NCBI RefSeq assembly: GCF_964355755.1
Contig: NC_092676.1
Span: 26,554,871-26,618,870, forward strand
DNA from: Antedon mediterranea
Lineage: Eukaryota; Animalia; Echinodermata
Reading direction: 5' to 3'
Length of the DNA: 64,000 nt
This document shows positions 13,930 through 26,937 of this stretch, one piece after another. Each line of letters starts with the position of its first letter. Position 1 is the stretch's first letter. The notes beneath the pieces are model-generated. The model saw only the letters and a list, made by a program, of their open reading frames with translations, did not search any database and had not been told where the DNA came from. Position numbers and translations under genes: made by a program.

Positions 13930-16900
13930 CTGCTCAAAATCATAAAATTTTTTATAAAATATGAATATTTAAACCAATAGATGCACACATCATCTAATTT
14001 CACACAACACCACCATGTGCATTTGTTTGTGTTGATTTCAAGTCCGTAAGCAGATGTAGTTTATTATACTAATGAAGACACGTTAAACGTATAAAAAATT
14101 CAAGGTATGTGCTGTAAATTTGTAAAAAAAACAGTTCATGTTTGGAATAATGTTGTTATTTCAGCCATCAACGTTTGTCGATTTTTACTGCAGAAACCAG
14201 GAATAATTATTTTCTGGATCATGTACAGAAATTTATTTAGATATTAAACCTTAATCAATTTTATTACATAATATTGTAGTGAGGGTCATCTCATATTTTT
14301 AAAATTACTTTAAATTAGAGTGAGGAACAAGCCAGTCACAAGTTTCACAGAAATTATGTTATTTCAGTTACTAATTTAAAATCTTTTAAGCACAATGGTA
14401 TTCTTAGAATAGAAATTAAATTAAAAATGAACCATGAAAAATATTGAATGTTCTGATTATAATGCTGAACCAACTTAATAAAAATGATACATTCATAAAC
14501 CAATAAAAATAAACTATGTTATCGACTTTATTTTCAAAACACCAAAACATAAAAAGGAATTATCACAAATAATTAAGAAAAATTACTACATTATCGAGCA
14601 TTACTTTAAGTGTTTACTCATTGCAAAAAACATGAAAACAAAAAAACTATGTTGCTTGCGTGTACAGTACTTACTATTATCATACAGACTTGAATATAAG
14701 CCCACCCCCTGAATAAGGTTTCGCATGGGCTTATATGGGTAACACTTCTGTAATGGGTAACACTTCTGTAGAAGCTACCTCCAAACTTACCTTTCAACAA
14801 AATAGAATTCCATCACCTCCTAAAGCTAAAACTCAGGATAAATAAAATAATATGTTTCTCATTCTGCTGTTTTCAAAAACAAAGTTCTAAGGTTAAAAAA
14901 AACTAAAGCTACTAACGCAAACAATACACTTACCGCCAAACTTGTTTTCTTCAGTGTATCTTCATGTACAATATAAACAATGACAAATAATCTTACACAA
15001 TTCGAGTTATATCTCGCTCTTCGAAGAGAAAGGCTATTGTCAGTTTATCCAGGTAAGCTATAGAGGCACGAAATAAAACACTATACTTTAGTATCAGGTG
15101 CTGGGATTCTTTGCATCACTTACTAGAATCAGCAACGATGACAATGATTTTGATATACTTACCATGCCTTGCAACAGTACAGTATAATTGGTCAACAATA
15201 TGCAAATGAGACTTACTCCATGAAAATTTAGCTAACTGTATGCTTGCTTACAAACAAATCAGTTGTTTGACTGAAAAAAAATGATTTCCAGGTGCAGATG
15301 TCTGTCCACTAAAGATAGTAGTTTTATCGATAATAATAACCAGCTTTAAAGCAAGTCTACCTTTAAAATTATTACATAATAGTTGAGGTCACCTAAATAG
15401 AAAAATTACTAACAAAAAACATAACTAATATTTTCCTTCCCATTTACAATATTCCTGGTTGCTCACCTGGTGTAAAGACTTCTATAGTCTGTCTCTATTA
15501 ACTCCATGACATATACCTGCTATGTTGTTCAGCATAATACTTCAATGTACAGTGTATTTCACACACGTACAACCAACATATAAAGTGTAGCTACTTACCA
15601 TTGTATGGCAAAGATGCAATCTGTTGTTACAATAATACATGAAGTCATCATATTACATGTTAAGTCTATTACTTCTGGTTATCTAAACATGGTACATTTC
15701 ATACAATATAAATATCTCAAATATGTTGTTAAATATTTATGAACAACTTGACACAAAGAAATATTATTTGCACACAATGTAATTTTTTCCTGTGATCTTG
15801 TAGGGTAAAAGCCAAGTCAATTAATGATTCACATTTTGAATATAATATCCACTGTGTATCAAATATGTATTTTGTTAAATGTTTGACCATTGTCTGTGCA
15901 ATTAGTTTACTTTGTGTCTAGTTGATCCAATTCGAGTCTTACAACCAACATCGTACTCACAATTACGAGTCAGAATGGAATATTATGATCACCGAGTCGA
16001 CGCTGGATCCAATCACGTCCAAAACACTTGGCTGGATCTAAAGTGGTATTGTAATTTTACACAGGAGTTGATGTTGATAGGAGAACAGCCCATCTTTTAT
16101 ACATTCTATCATTTGTGTTGTTTGTTTACAGTATGTGATGTGTTTCAAAACTAGCATGCTTTTCAAACATGTCTAAGCTAGCGTAAGGATACATAAATCT
16201 ATAAATTGAGTTCAACAATAGTATGTATACATGTGTGTCTGCAACACAGTCTAGTAAAAGTATTATCAGTACTAAAGTAGTTCCTTAAAAAGTGACTAAA
16301 TTCTCAACAATCTACCAGTAACATAGGTGAACATTTTAACACTTTGTACATACAAATAAAAAATTAATTGAAATACTGAAATGTTTTGGTAAATTGATTC
16401 AGTATAAAAACATCAGCTTATAAATGATATAGCAAAATCAAAGCAACAATGCAAACTCATGTGGAAACATGGTTTGTTAAAAATGTCAGCTGATTGTCAA
16501 CATTTTAATTACAAAACCATAACAATTCAAATAATTTTTATTACCTTTTTTACAATTGGTTAAGTAAAGAGAATCGATTTATTTTTACATTATTTTCTGG
16601 GTAATAACACTATTAACAATAATCAAGGATACTGTATTCAATTTTAGAAAAGGCAATAAAAAAAGTATTATTACTTTACATAAAAATAAGACAACTAACA
16701 ACTGAATATCGTTACTTATCAGGAGAACCAGATAACAATCATTTTTTACTGGAAATACCAAAATCTATTTTAGGTTTTTAAGAAGTTACCAATCTGAAGG
16801 TTGACTTTATAAAAATCTGTCAATTGTATTACTGTGAACTTTGACCTACAGAGTGACTGGCAATAGTAGGATCTGGAAATATTCTCATAACACTGATTGT

Positions 16901-17040
16901 TGCGACATTCAAAAACGATTTCCACGGCCACGTCCTTTTGACCATCCACGACCCCGGAATCCACCTCGACGTTGCTGTCCTGTAAAACAATGTAAAATAA
17001 GTTAAATAGATGTTAACAGGAAACATAGATTAATCTATAA

Positions 17041-17177
17041 AGCTCTGTCTACACAATCAAATTTGCCCATATATGGACTTGATGATGCCATATCACTACC
17101 ATATTTGGGCATATCACCACCATATTTGGGCACGTCACACTTTTTTTGTCAAATAGTATGATAGTGTGCACAGAGCT
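17041..17177. mobile_element. ~140-150-bp PIF/Harbinger-like MITE (family copy 1)
   Basis: TIR AGCTCTGTCTACAC.../...GTGTGCACAGAGCT, TAA/TTA flanks. Confidence 0.75.
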
Positions 17178-17480
17178 TTAGAGTAAACCAATTTTAGAAA
17201 AGATTTATTTACCACCTCCAGTGAAATTATTTCCGTAATTTGCATCTCCTCCGCTCGGGGCATTACCAGCTTTTGCGCTATAGCGCCCTCCAGGTGGATG
17301 GTACACTCCACGAGCTCCTCGCTGTTTATTACCACCGCCTACTGTTGCTTTTTTAGCAGGTCCTGACTCAGAAAATGTGATTGGGGTGATGTTACCTCTC
17401 TTTACACTAGAGTAAAGAAAACACAAAATAAAATTGAATTTAAATATATATAAAAAAGTCTTTCAATTATGTGTGACCAA

Positions 17481-17631
17481 ATCTTTGTCTACACTATCAA
17501 ACTTTATGTGACAAAACAAAAATGTGATGTGCATATGTCCATATATAGATATGATGATGTCATATCAGTACCATATTTATGGGCACATCACATATTTTCG
17601 TCACATAAAGTTTTATAATGTAGACAGAGCT
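17481..17631. mobile_element. Harbinger-like MITE (family copy 2)
   Basis: TGTCTACACTATCAAACTTTATGTGAC.../...GTCACATAAAGTTTTATAATGTAGACAGAGCT. Confidence 0.75.
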
Positions 17632-18711
17632 TAAACAATGAGATACAATTTGTTCACATATTGTCATGCAAATGTTTCCTTATAACACATGTGAAAGCAC
17701 CAAAAAAGTTAATATATTATTATTCCATATTAGGCAATATTCATATACCTTTGTTGTTGTTGTGTTTGTTCTGTTGTAGCTTTCTGGATTGGTTTCCATG
17801 ACAATGTAATGATGCATCCGTAGCCTGGTGGGTTACGGAACAAGTCCTAGTGTAAACAAAATAATGAATATTTAGTATTTTATCCTTTATTTAACAAAAA
17901 AACATGGAGAGGCTGTATCTGCCCCTGTTATTTATAAAGAAAACCCCTTAAAACAATATGATAGAGTCAAGAATCACAATGGTTGGATGCTTCAATATGT
18001 CCGAGTATCATACGTGACAATGCTGTTGGTAATGCAAAGATAACAAAATGCACAATGAGCGTGCCATACCTTAATTAAAGCATTGATATTGGTTGTTATC
18101 TTAAGAGCGACAACTTTGATCTTATTCTCGTCAGATTTCAATACATCTCCTGTTTTATCTCGCAGGTCTGCCCTCAGTTGTTTCATGTAAACTTGGTTAC
18201 CACGTGCAAAATACTGTAATCTGTAAAAACAATAAAAAACATAATTTAATGATTTATTAATTTTTTTTTTTAAATTTTTAAATTAGGCAATTTCAATGTC
18301 CCATAATTGGAAGGGAAAAACAAATTTTGTTACTGTAATCCTATTAAAAAATAAATTGTTTTTTTGTTTTATTCAATCAATAATTAGAAAAATAAAACCC
18401 TTTTGGATCAATATGCAAACAAATAATATGCATTCATTCTGAAGTACTGCAAAATTTAATTCTGTCCACGTACCTTAGACGGAAGTCTTTCAAACGATCA
18501 AGATTTTCTTCAGCAGTGAAGAAGTCTGGACACTTCTTAATTAAACATTCTACGATTGAAAATTGTAATTTAGGTTCATCGCTATCTTTTCCGTTCTCTC
18601 CTTCCTCAACTTCAGCTGGTGGAAGCGGCATATACTCCTAGAAAATATATTATTTAATATGTGATTGAAGTAGAAGTTACAAAGTTTCTGTGACCAGAAA
18701 AAAATCCTATA

Positions 18712-19215
18712 CAGTAGAACCTGTGTTTTACGTACCCTGATTTTACGTTCCCTCGATTTTACGTACGCTTAAAATAACCGATGACGTCATCATTTTCTTA
18801 CATTGAGGGCGCAATTTAACAACAAAGCACACAACAAAGCCACAATCATGGCTGTGTGAGGAATTCTGCTGTGTGTGGGACAAGCTACGCACGTGCATTC
18901 CCCCTAAAGCAGCGACTGTTTTTATTGATAGAAAACAATTATATTTTACACTTTATTTAAACATCGCACAGCCTGTATATACTGTACTTTTCTAGTTAGG
19001 CCTCACATCTTGCTAGGCCTGCTAGCCTAGCCTGAATAGCCTAGGCCTAGCTAAGCTAGTGACGCATACTGTACACAGTACAGAAGTAGGCAAATACGGC
19101 TAGCTACGATCTCTACGTATTTGGGGTCAATTTAAGGTCAACCTTGATTTTACGAATCCCTTGTTTTACGTACGCCTTTCGGTCCCGTACCGTACGTAAA
19201 ATGGAGGTTCTACTG
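18712..19215. mobile_element. pogo/Tigger-like (Tc1-mariner) MITE
   Basis: TA|CAGTAGAACC...GGTTCTACTG|TA with repeated subterminal TTTTACGT. Confidence 0.85.
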
Positions 19216-19278
19216 TATCTCCTCTTAAGACTCTTCCCTGATAAAAACTTTTGTATGGGAAACAGACTGCTACTCTTA

Positions 19279-19429
19279 AGCTCTGTTTAAACTAACAACT
19301 TTATGTGATAAAAAATGTGATTATATGGACATGATGATGTCATATCACTAGCATATTTGGGCATATCACTAGCATATTTGGGCACATCACACTTTTTTGT
19401 CACATAAACTTTGATAGTGTAGGGAGGCT
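19279..19429. mobile_element. Harbinger-like MITE (family copy 3, degenerate)
   Basis: Same internal ATATGGACATGATGATGTCATATCACTA(G/C)CATATTTGGGCA and TIR remnants. Confidence 0.7.
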
Positions 19430-20980
19430 TGACAGGGAGGCTTGTTTTTCCACAGAGGGTTTTGCCTATTAAAATACTTTCAAGCTCTTTGAAAAAGAAC
19501 CTCTAACCCCCTCTGGCTAAAGGCTTGGTATGCTATGAAAATGAACAACATACTACAGAACTACCTACACTACACTTTTTTTTTTTGGCATTACCCATTA
19601 TTTTTAAGTGAAAATGTCAAGATATTTTGTTCAGTTTTAAAAGATGACCATTTTTCTTTCTTACCAGCAATGCATTGTGAACCTTCTCTAAGCACCCTCT
19701 GTCTTCGTAATCTCCACAGTGTGTAGACATCTCAGCTAATAACTTTAATACTTCCAACTTTACATTTGTACCTTCTGGTCCCGCCAGCTCACTGAGGAAC
19801 GGGACGACATGGTTGGAAATGTGTTATTTGTTAGAAAAGAATTTTTAGCATTAAATGGTAAAAGAGATAATTTGTGAATAGGCCACTCTTGTAGGTAGAT
19901 CCACTTTCGTATGCACTTTCAGGTCCAGAGAATTTGACTTTAAGGTTGACTTGGTTTAGGGGTCAAACAATCATTATGAAAATGTGACACAAGGTCAGTG
20001 TCAATTGGTATATGGTTTTTATATTTAATTATTCAGAATGCATACATTCATGTACAGTCTAATGGGACATTTTGCGCTATATAAATTTAAATCCATTACC
20101 ATTACCATTTAGTAAAAAATGACCAGAAATTGCATTTCTGACCTTTGACTCGCACCAAAGGCATGTTTGTATATCCATATATGAGTACGTACACACGTAC
20201 GGCCTAAGTATAGGATGGTTTACGTAATCGTTAAGGTATAAAATATACAGTGTTTGTGCATATTTGTATCTCCATGTATGGGTATGTTCACATAGCGTAA
20301 GTACTGCATGGCGTGGCTTACGCAAGCGTTAAGGTAATCCATGGATTAAAATGCCAATGTGTTTACATATACAGCATTTGTTATGGTGTTAAATACAGAA
20401 GTCCAAGTATCATTTTAAAAAGTAATAACCCAGGGGCCCTCTTTAGATTTGCGTGAATAAAGCTAGTTCACATGTAAAGGCAAGGTGTAAGCCAGCCTTA
20501 CACTGTACGTATGAACACTCCCTATGTAGTTTATCAAAAAATTTGTGTTAAAAGATTTGTGATATATTATGTACTCATATAGTATAAGGCCTGAGTATTT
20601 GCTTCAATGAACAATTATAATCACATTTAACTTTGAAAAACCATTGATAAACAAACTACTGTACATTGTTTCTTTGTTATTCGGTTCACTGACTCAGTTC
20701 AGTGATTCCTGATTTTGCAATATTCACATCTAGTTTAGAAGAAAATTAACTCGATATTTTAAGGTGGAAAAACCAACTTTATCTAATTACTGGAATAAGA
20801 TTTTGTTTTAAAATTTTAGCTGCACAAGTACAGAACAAGGTATTTAACATATAAATTGCTTTTTAAAGTGAATTTAATCTATAATCTATACAAACAGCCA
20901 ATGATATTATTGATAGATTTAGGCGAGGCTGGAGTAAATAATTGTTAATATATATATACAATTATAACTACTATTGCAGG

Positions 20981-22687
20981 ATGGCTAGCAAGAATGTAAG
21001 TCTACTTGGAGATATAGATGAGAAAGTACTAGAATGTTCTATCTGTAATGAAAGACTAGAAGACCCAAAATCACTTAGCTGTCAACATACTTTCTGTCTA
21101 AAGTGTTTGGAGAATTGGGTTCAAACCAATCGTGGCAAGCTAACATGCCCTAGTTGTCGGAAAAAGTATCCCATACCAAAAGGAGGGCTTCAAAAACTTG
21201 CCCCAAATTCAATTCTTAACAACCTCTTGGAAACCATCAAACAACACGAAAATAAAGGTGAGGTTAAAGGCACTGCCGCTCTGTGCGCCTCTCATATTCA
21301 ACCATTGAAAATGTATTGTACAAAATGTAAAGTACCAATATGCATAGAATGCACTGAAATGGAACATGCTGCAGGAGATGGAAAACATGAACTAATTAAC
21401 ATTGTAACAGCATTTAATACGTTTAAAGAAACATCAGAAGACTTAAAGAAAGCTGCCAATGAATCCATAAAAAAAACAGAAAATTTACTCAAAATAGTCA
21501 CAAAGAATGCTAAAGAACTAGAAGAAAGTAAAGAGGCAAGTCTCACAGATATTGATAACCAAGTTCAAGAAATGGTAAAAGTAATCCAGAAAAAAGGAGA
21601 AGAAATGAGAAAAAAAGTTAAAGCAAATTATATGGAGGAAAAGAAAGTCAATGATGTACAAATTACAAATTTAACAAAAATCATCTCTGAATTAAACACA
21701 AGTGTGAGTTTCCTAAATCAGTTACTAATGAGTGAGAAAGCAACTGCTATGAAATCGAGTGAGATTATATTAAATAAAATGATGGATGAAATTAACAAAT
21801 CTGAAGAAATCAAGCAAAAGGACAGCAGACAAATAACCTTCATCAGAAACAAACAACCAATTGATTTATTGAAAGAAATTGACATTGGTGATGTTGCATT
21901 CAAACCACTTTCTATTAAAGTAGAGGGTAAGCCTACAGGAGTAGCAAAGTATGATGATGATTGCTTGCTTGTTTCATTTCACACAAATGAAATTCACAAG
22001 TACAACCAATCAGGAGAATGTATAAGCAAGATTACACTACCAGCAGGTGTGAGACCTAAAAGAATATACAAAATGAAAAATGGCAACATAGCATTCAGTG
22101 ATAACGATAATAAATGCATTAAAGTATGTGATATGAATGGTCATGTGATCAAATCCATTGGTAAGGGTGTATTGATGAATCCACAGGGTATTGACATAAA
22201 TGGGGCAACTAATGTTATATATGTAGCAGATGGAGAAAATGGATGTGTGGTGTTTGACATTAATAGTGGTAAGCAGTTGAAGAAAATAGAAAAACAAGGG
22301 GGTTACTTATGGGCATTCTTAGGGGGAAACTACTCAGATGTTGCACTTACAAAAACTGGTAAATTACTTGTAGTAGATGCAGTAGACAACCAAATATTAT
22401 TGTATGATGACAAGGACAAGTCAATGAAAGTACTTATCAATAAAGGGGTTAAAGGTAAGGTGATGATGCCACGTGATGTTGTAGTTGATCAGGATGATAA
22501 CATCATCATAGCAAGTATTGACAGACTACAACTATTCTGTAGAAATGGATATTTTATCAAAAGAATTGATCAACAAGAAGATGGAATTAGTGTACCAGTA
22601 CATCAGTTATGTATCATTTCTCATAACCCACGTATGGTTGCTGTAGCAAATTACTTGGCTGATACAATTAAAATATTGAATTATTAA
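20981..22687 (+). CDS. TRIM-NHL protein, 568 aa, full length
   Basis: Paralog of 7875; ATG follows acceptor TACTATTGCAG|G; upstream donor AAG|GTATTT at 20839/20840; insertion GGYLWAFLGG in an NHL loop. Confidence 0.95.
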   Translation: MASKNVSLLGDIDEKVLECSICNERLEDPKSLSCQHTFCLKCLENWVQTNRGKLTCPSCRKKYPIPKGGLQKLAPNSILNNLLETIKQHENKGEVKGTAALCASHIQPLKMYCTKCKVPICIECTEMEHAAGDGKHELINIVTAFNTFKETSEDLKKAANESIKKTENLLKIVTKNAKELEESKEASLTDIDNQVQEMVKVIQKKGEEMRKKVKANYMEEKKVNDVQITNLTKIISELNTSVSFLNQLLMSEKATAMKSSEIILNKMMDEINKSEEIKQKDSRQITFIRNKQPIDLLKEIDIGDVAFKPLSIKVEGKPTGVAKYDDDCLLVSFHTNEIHKYNQSGECISKITLPAGVRPKRIYKMKNGNIAFSDNDNKCIKVCDMNGHVIKSIGKGVLMNPQGIDINGATNVIYVADGENGCVVFDINSGKQLKKIEKQGGYLWAFLGGNYSDVALTKTGKLLVVDAVDNQILLYDDKDKSMKVLINKGVKGKVMMPRDVVVDQDDNIIIASIDRLQLFCRNGYFIKRIDQQEDGISVPVHQLCIISHNPRMVAVANYLADTIKILNY

Positions 22688-23674
22688 AGTTAAACCAAAC
22701 ATGAATCTTTCTTTGTACAGTATATCGTTACCGTACAAAGTTAAAGGAACAAACAAAAAATCTTTTGTTTCCATATATCTGAAATGTATGTCTAGTTTTT
22801 AAAGAATGTATTTCCTTTCCACACTAAGAAAGTCATTAGAGCCTTGACTGTCTTTTGCTAAAACTGTCTGCATAAAAATATAATATCAATCACTGTGTAA
22901 AAGTGATAAATCAGTTGGATAGATCTTCGACTGTACTGTATGTTGCCGTCAGGTTTTGGCAAATGTCACAAATACCTATAAATTATTTAACTTATCACTT
23001 ATTACTGATTTGTAGATTTTATGCTTGTTTCTATTTATGTATGTTCTTCAACCCTGTTAATGGTTAAATAAAATGTAAAAAAAAAAAAAAAAAAATCTTT
23101 TAAAAACTAATTGTTGATTTCAAATGGATTGTATCCAAAAATTTTAATCTTACGATGGGTCATTTTTTTGTTTTAATTTTTATATCTTGTGACATTTGAA
23201 ATTTTGATTAATTAAATATAAACAATTGTGTCATATTTGAAGGATCTCGGCTAGGCCAAGCACTTAGCCTGGCCTAAGCCTGTTTACTTCCACTGACCCC
23301 AGCGAGGTGGAATAGCACCACGATGAGTGCTACTATAGAGATTACAAGGTCAGATCACAGCGTCATTACTTCATACATTCATAGGTAGTCTGGGTTCCAG
23401 ACGGAGTTTTGACTTAAAAAGATAAATATTTTTGTGCATGGCGTTTCTTACGTATACTACTCAAGCTGGATTACAAAAATAAAAACGTCGACTGCTGGAC
23501 TAACATATAAAAAGACAATAAATAAGTCTAGTTCACTGGCAAAAGTTCTTATCTGTTTACGGGAACAGTCAACTATGACCCATGTGGATATGATCGTTGT
23601 GTGCACTGTTCACTCAATCTAATAATATACAGTAGATTGCCTATTAAAGATGTATTGTCCCCCAAAAAACATGG

Positions 23675-23983
23675 AAAAAGAAAGATGAGATGAAGAGGAA
23701 AGTTGAAGCAAACTATATACCGGTAAAGGAAAAGAAAGTTAATGGTGTACAAAATTACAAATTTAACAAAAATCAACTCTGAATTAAACACAATTGTGAG
23801 TTCTCTAAATCAGTTGAGTGAGCCAGCAACTGCTATGAAATCAAGTGAGATTGTATTAAATAAAATGATGGATGAAATGAATAAATTATTAATTCAAGTC
23901 AGTTATGTATTATTTCAGATAACCCACATATGATTGTTGTAGCATATTACTTGGATAAGACAATTAAAGTATTACATTATTAA
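23675..23983 (+). pseudogene. TRIM-NHL remnant: coiled-coil piece fused to the last NHL blade
   Basis: KITNLTKINSELNT..EPATAMKSSEIVLNKMMDE then CAAGTCAGTTATGTATTATTTCAGATAACCCA..CATTATTAA; frameshifted, no start. Confidence 0.85.
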
Positions 23984-24142
23984 AGTTAAACAAAATTATA
24001 TATTATAAAGGAACGAAATTTTCAGAAATATAATTCATTTGTCTAGTTTGTACAATATGCAATTTTGGAATGCTTTTTCTTACCCTAATTATTAGAAAAA
24101 TCCATAAGAACCTAGACTGTTTATTAACCAAAATTAGATTTA

Positions 24143-25461
24143 CTAGATGGTACGCTCGCTTCGCTCGCGTACCATCTAGGTCGTGCCCACAGATGGTTCT
24201 CGAATACATAATAATTTCAGCGTTAAAAAACTGGCGATTTCAAATGTACGTACCGCAGGACAATAATATTACATGTCGTGTACAGGAACGAATAAATAGA
24301 CAGGGTTGAGGGATGGGGAAGAGGATGGGTGCAAAGAGGAACAATGTTAAAATATATTCTTTATCCATTTAGTAACGAAATATTAATTGCTTTCATGTTT
24401 TACAAATAATATACCACTAAACACAGTAAAACATTGCGATGTAATACTTTGTTGAAACTATCACCGTCCTAGTCGATTGAAATAGTACAGCACATGTAAC
24501 GATACATCACTACGACGTGTATATGTTTATAATATAATGTAAAACAATTTGTGAAAACCACCTCTATTCGGGGAAAATCATAAATTCGATTTAATCGTCA
24601 ATAAATATTAAATTATCTAACTCAACTTAATTAGTAGGCCTAATGGTTTTCAATTGTTTCTTAGAGCCAATTCATACTTAAGTTGGTTCCTACCCTACCC
24701 ACCAAAGTTGTTCTGCGTTTAGGGCATGTGATGTACCGTAGGCCTATTCTCTACTGGTTTTACAACGCTACTCATGCCAGTGAGGGAAAGGTGATGATGT
24801 GGGTGGTTTAACTGCAATAATAAAGATTTGTACATAATATACGGCGAGTGAAAACGCTAGCTCATTATCCGTTTAAAAAAAAATTATATCCAACCTCTGC
24901 AGCACAGATTGAAAACAAAAATGGATCGAATTTCGAGTATACAGTACTGTACTTGCCTTTACGACGCCTGAGGGAATAGACACTTGTGAAACAGAGATTG
25001 GAATGTTCCATTCATCGCAAATCAATACATTTGTATAATCGTATATTAAATCTATCAAAATAGTATTTTTTTAAGAAAATCGGCCTGTCTTCAACATTAT
25101 GATGCTGTACTCTAGCTGTTCAACCAGTTTTCAGCTATTAAAAACAATTATCGTAGGAGGAGATAGGAAAATGCGAAGCCTCCTCGTATTTTTGTGGCGG
25201 GTATTTTTCAAGATGGACATCCATTAGACAGTGTATACCACGATCGGAAAACACCCCTATTTGGGGCAAATCGTTGAACCTAAATTCGTTTTAATCGTCA
25301 ATAACTAATTACCTAACTCAATTTAATTAGTAAACAGGGTTACATCAGATGGTTAAAGTCAGTACCGAAAGTATGAACCAACTTTATATACCATCGAGTA
25401 GAAATTCTAGAAATAAACCGAGATTTACCGAATTTTGCATTTACGTAAATTTATATATAGA
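24143..25461 (-). mobile_element. Non-autonomous Helitron (copy 1)
   Basis: On the minus strand A|TCTATATATAAATTTACG...hairpin CTAGATGGTACGCGAGCGAAGCGAGCGTACCATCTAG|T; AT target, no TSD; homologous to 37806-39080. Confidence 0.85.
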
Positions 25462-26802
25462 TATCATCTTCCCAAGTTATAATAATAATTCACTGTGTAA
25501 AGTTGATGGACAAGTTAATATTTTCTTTGATTCACTTACTACTATTTCTGTTAGAAATTGTTTTATTTGTAATCACCTTACTACTGATTTGTATATTTTT
25601 GCTTGTTTTATTATATTGTATAATTTTTTTTTTTAAACTTATTATGATTTCTAATTCTAACATAATATTTTATCCCATACTTCATTCATTTATTGATAAT
25701 AACTTTTTTCCACAACGTAGTATTTTCTTTACACAAAGAATAAAATTGAAAAATGATCTTTAAATAAATTATACAGCTTTAAGAATTGTTTTTATTTTGT
25801 TTAAATAGTTTTACCAATTAATTTTGTTATGAGGTGAAACTTTTTGTTTTTATAATTTAAATATTATGTGAATTTTGTCAACACTATACTATGTTCATTG
25901 GAGTATAAATGAAATTTAATAGTTTAATAATAATTAATATCAAAATAAAAATGATAGCATAGCCTACTAAGAGCAGTTATATATGATATATAGAGATATA
26001 CAGTTAATGTATACTACTACTGTTGTACACTGTTCTAAGACATTAGTGTAGAAAAAAATATAACAGACATGAAGAAATCATCTGAATTGCAGTAGAAGAT
26101 GTGGTAATAGGCCTATTTCATAAGAGTTTAAAGACAATATATGCAGTTCTCTAGTTTTAAATTATACATATATACTGTTATGTAGGCCTATTATAAAACA
26201 CATTTATTTTAATGATGAACGTTATTCGCATTCTATCAATTTATAATATAATTATTAATTAATTTTCCTTCAAATGTAAAATTAATTAAAGCATGAAACA
26301 ACTTCGTTTATAACGAACATTTCAGCTACAAGCATAAGGTATTTTAAAACATTTTTATAAAATAAACCTTTTAAAAGTATAATAAAGTCTTTATCTGAAT
26401 ATTAATAAAGATTAAAAACCATTGATGTCACAAAAAAATCAGTTATAGTACTAATTGCAAATGTTGGCTACCATGTTGAATGACTTGCGTTTGCTATTAC
26501 ATCAACAGCTACAATAACACTATGTGGACCTATAAAATGATATGGCTAACTATACAGTACTATATTCCAACAACAAATTACAAATACACTACATATTTAA
26601 GAGACTGTGTTCAAAAGTTAATCTTTCAAATCAAAATATACAGTACTCTCCATCCAACTTTTTTGTATAAATTACAAATTACTATTGCAGGATGGCTAGC
26701 AACAGCCTAGTTTTACTTGGAGATAGAGATGAGAAATACTTTGATATTGCACTTACAAACACTGGGAACGTACTGTAGCAGATAGAAATAATCACCAAGT
26801 AG

Positions 26803-26870
26803 TAGAGACTTTTACCAACCCATGTGGATGTGAACGTTGTTTGTACGTTCACTCAATCTAAAAGTCCCTA
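26803..26870. mobile_element. 68-bp mini-MITE inside the pseudogene
   Basis: TIR TAGAGACTTTTA / TAAAAGTCCCTA; internal part also at ~23578-23622; absent from paralogs. Confidence 0.6.
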
Positions 26871-26937
26871 TTATTTTATGACAACAGGGACCAGTCATTG
26901 AAAGTATTTATCAATGAAAGAGTTGAAGATGGTAAGG

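Larger units (their letters stand above)
16909..19823 (-). pseudogene. API5: C-terminal six exons of apoptosis inhibitor 5 (~19823-19665, 18637-18474, 18220-18070, 17846-17749, 17406-17213, 16979-16909), 5'-truncated
   Basis: Spliced frame gives LEVLKLLAEMS..EYMPLPP..EPKLQFSIVECL..LQYFARG..ENKIKVVALKIT..DLFRNPP..TLSWKP..YHPPGGRYS and an RGG tail; GT-AG with consistent phases; the first exon lacks an acceptor and has an upstream in-frame TAA; ~7 conserved residues missing after VECL. Confidence 0.88.

Noticed and set aside
14925-15640. Minus-strand GTAAG donor-like sites (~14930, ~15158, ~15595) as extra exons
   Set aside because: Adjacent translations show no similarity that I can recognise to API5 or other proteins
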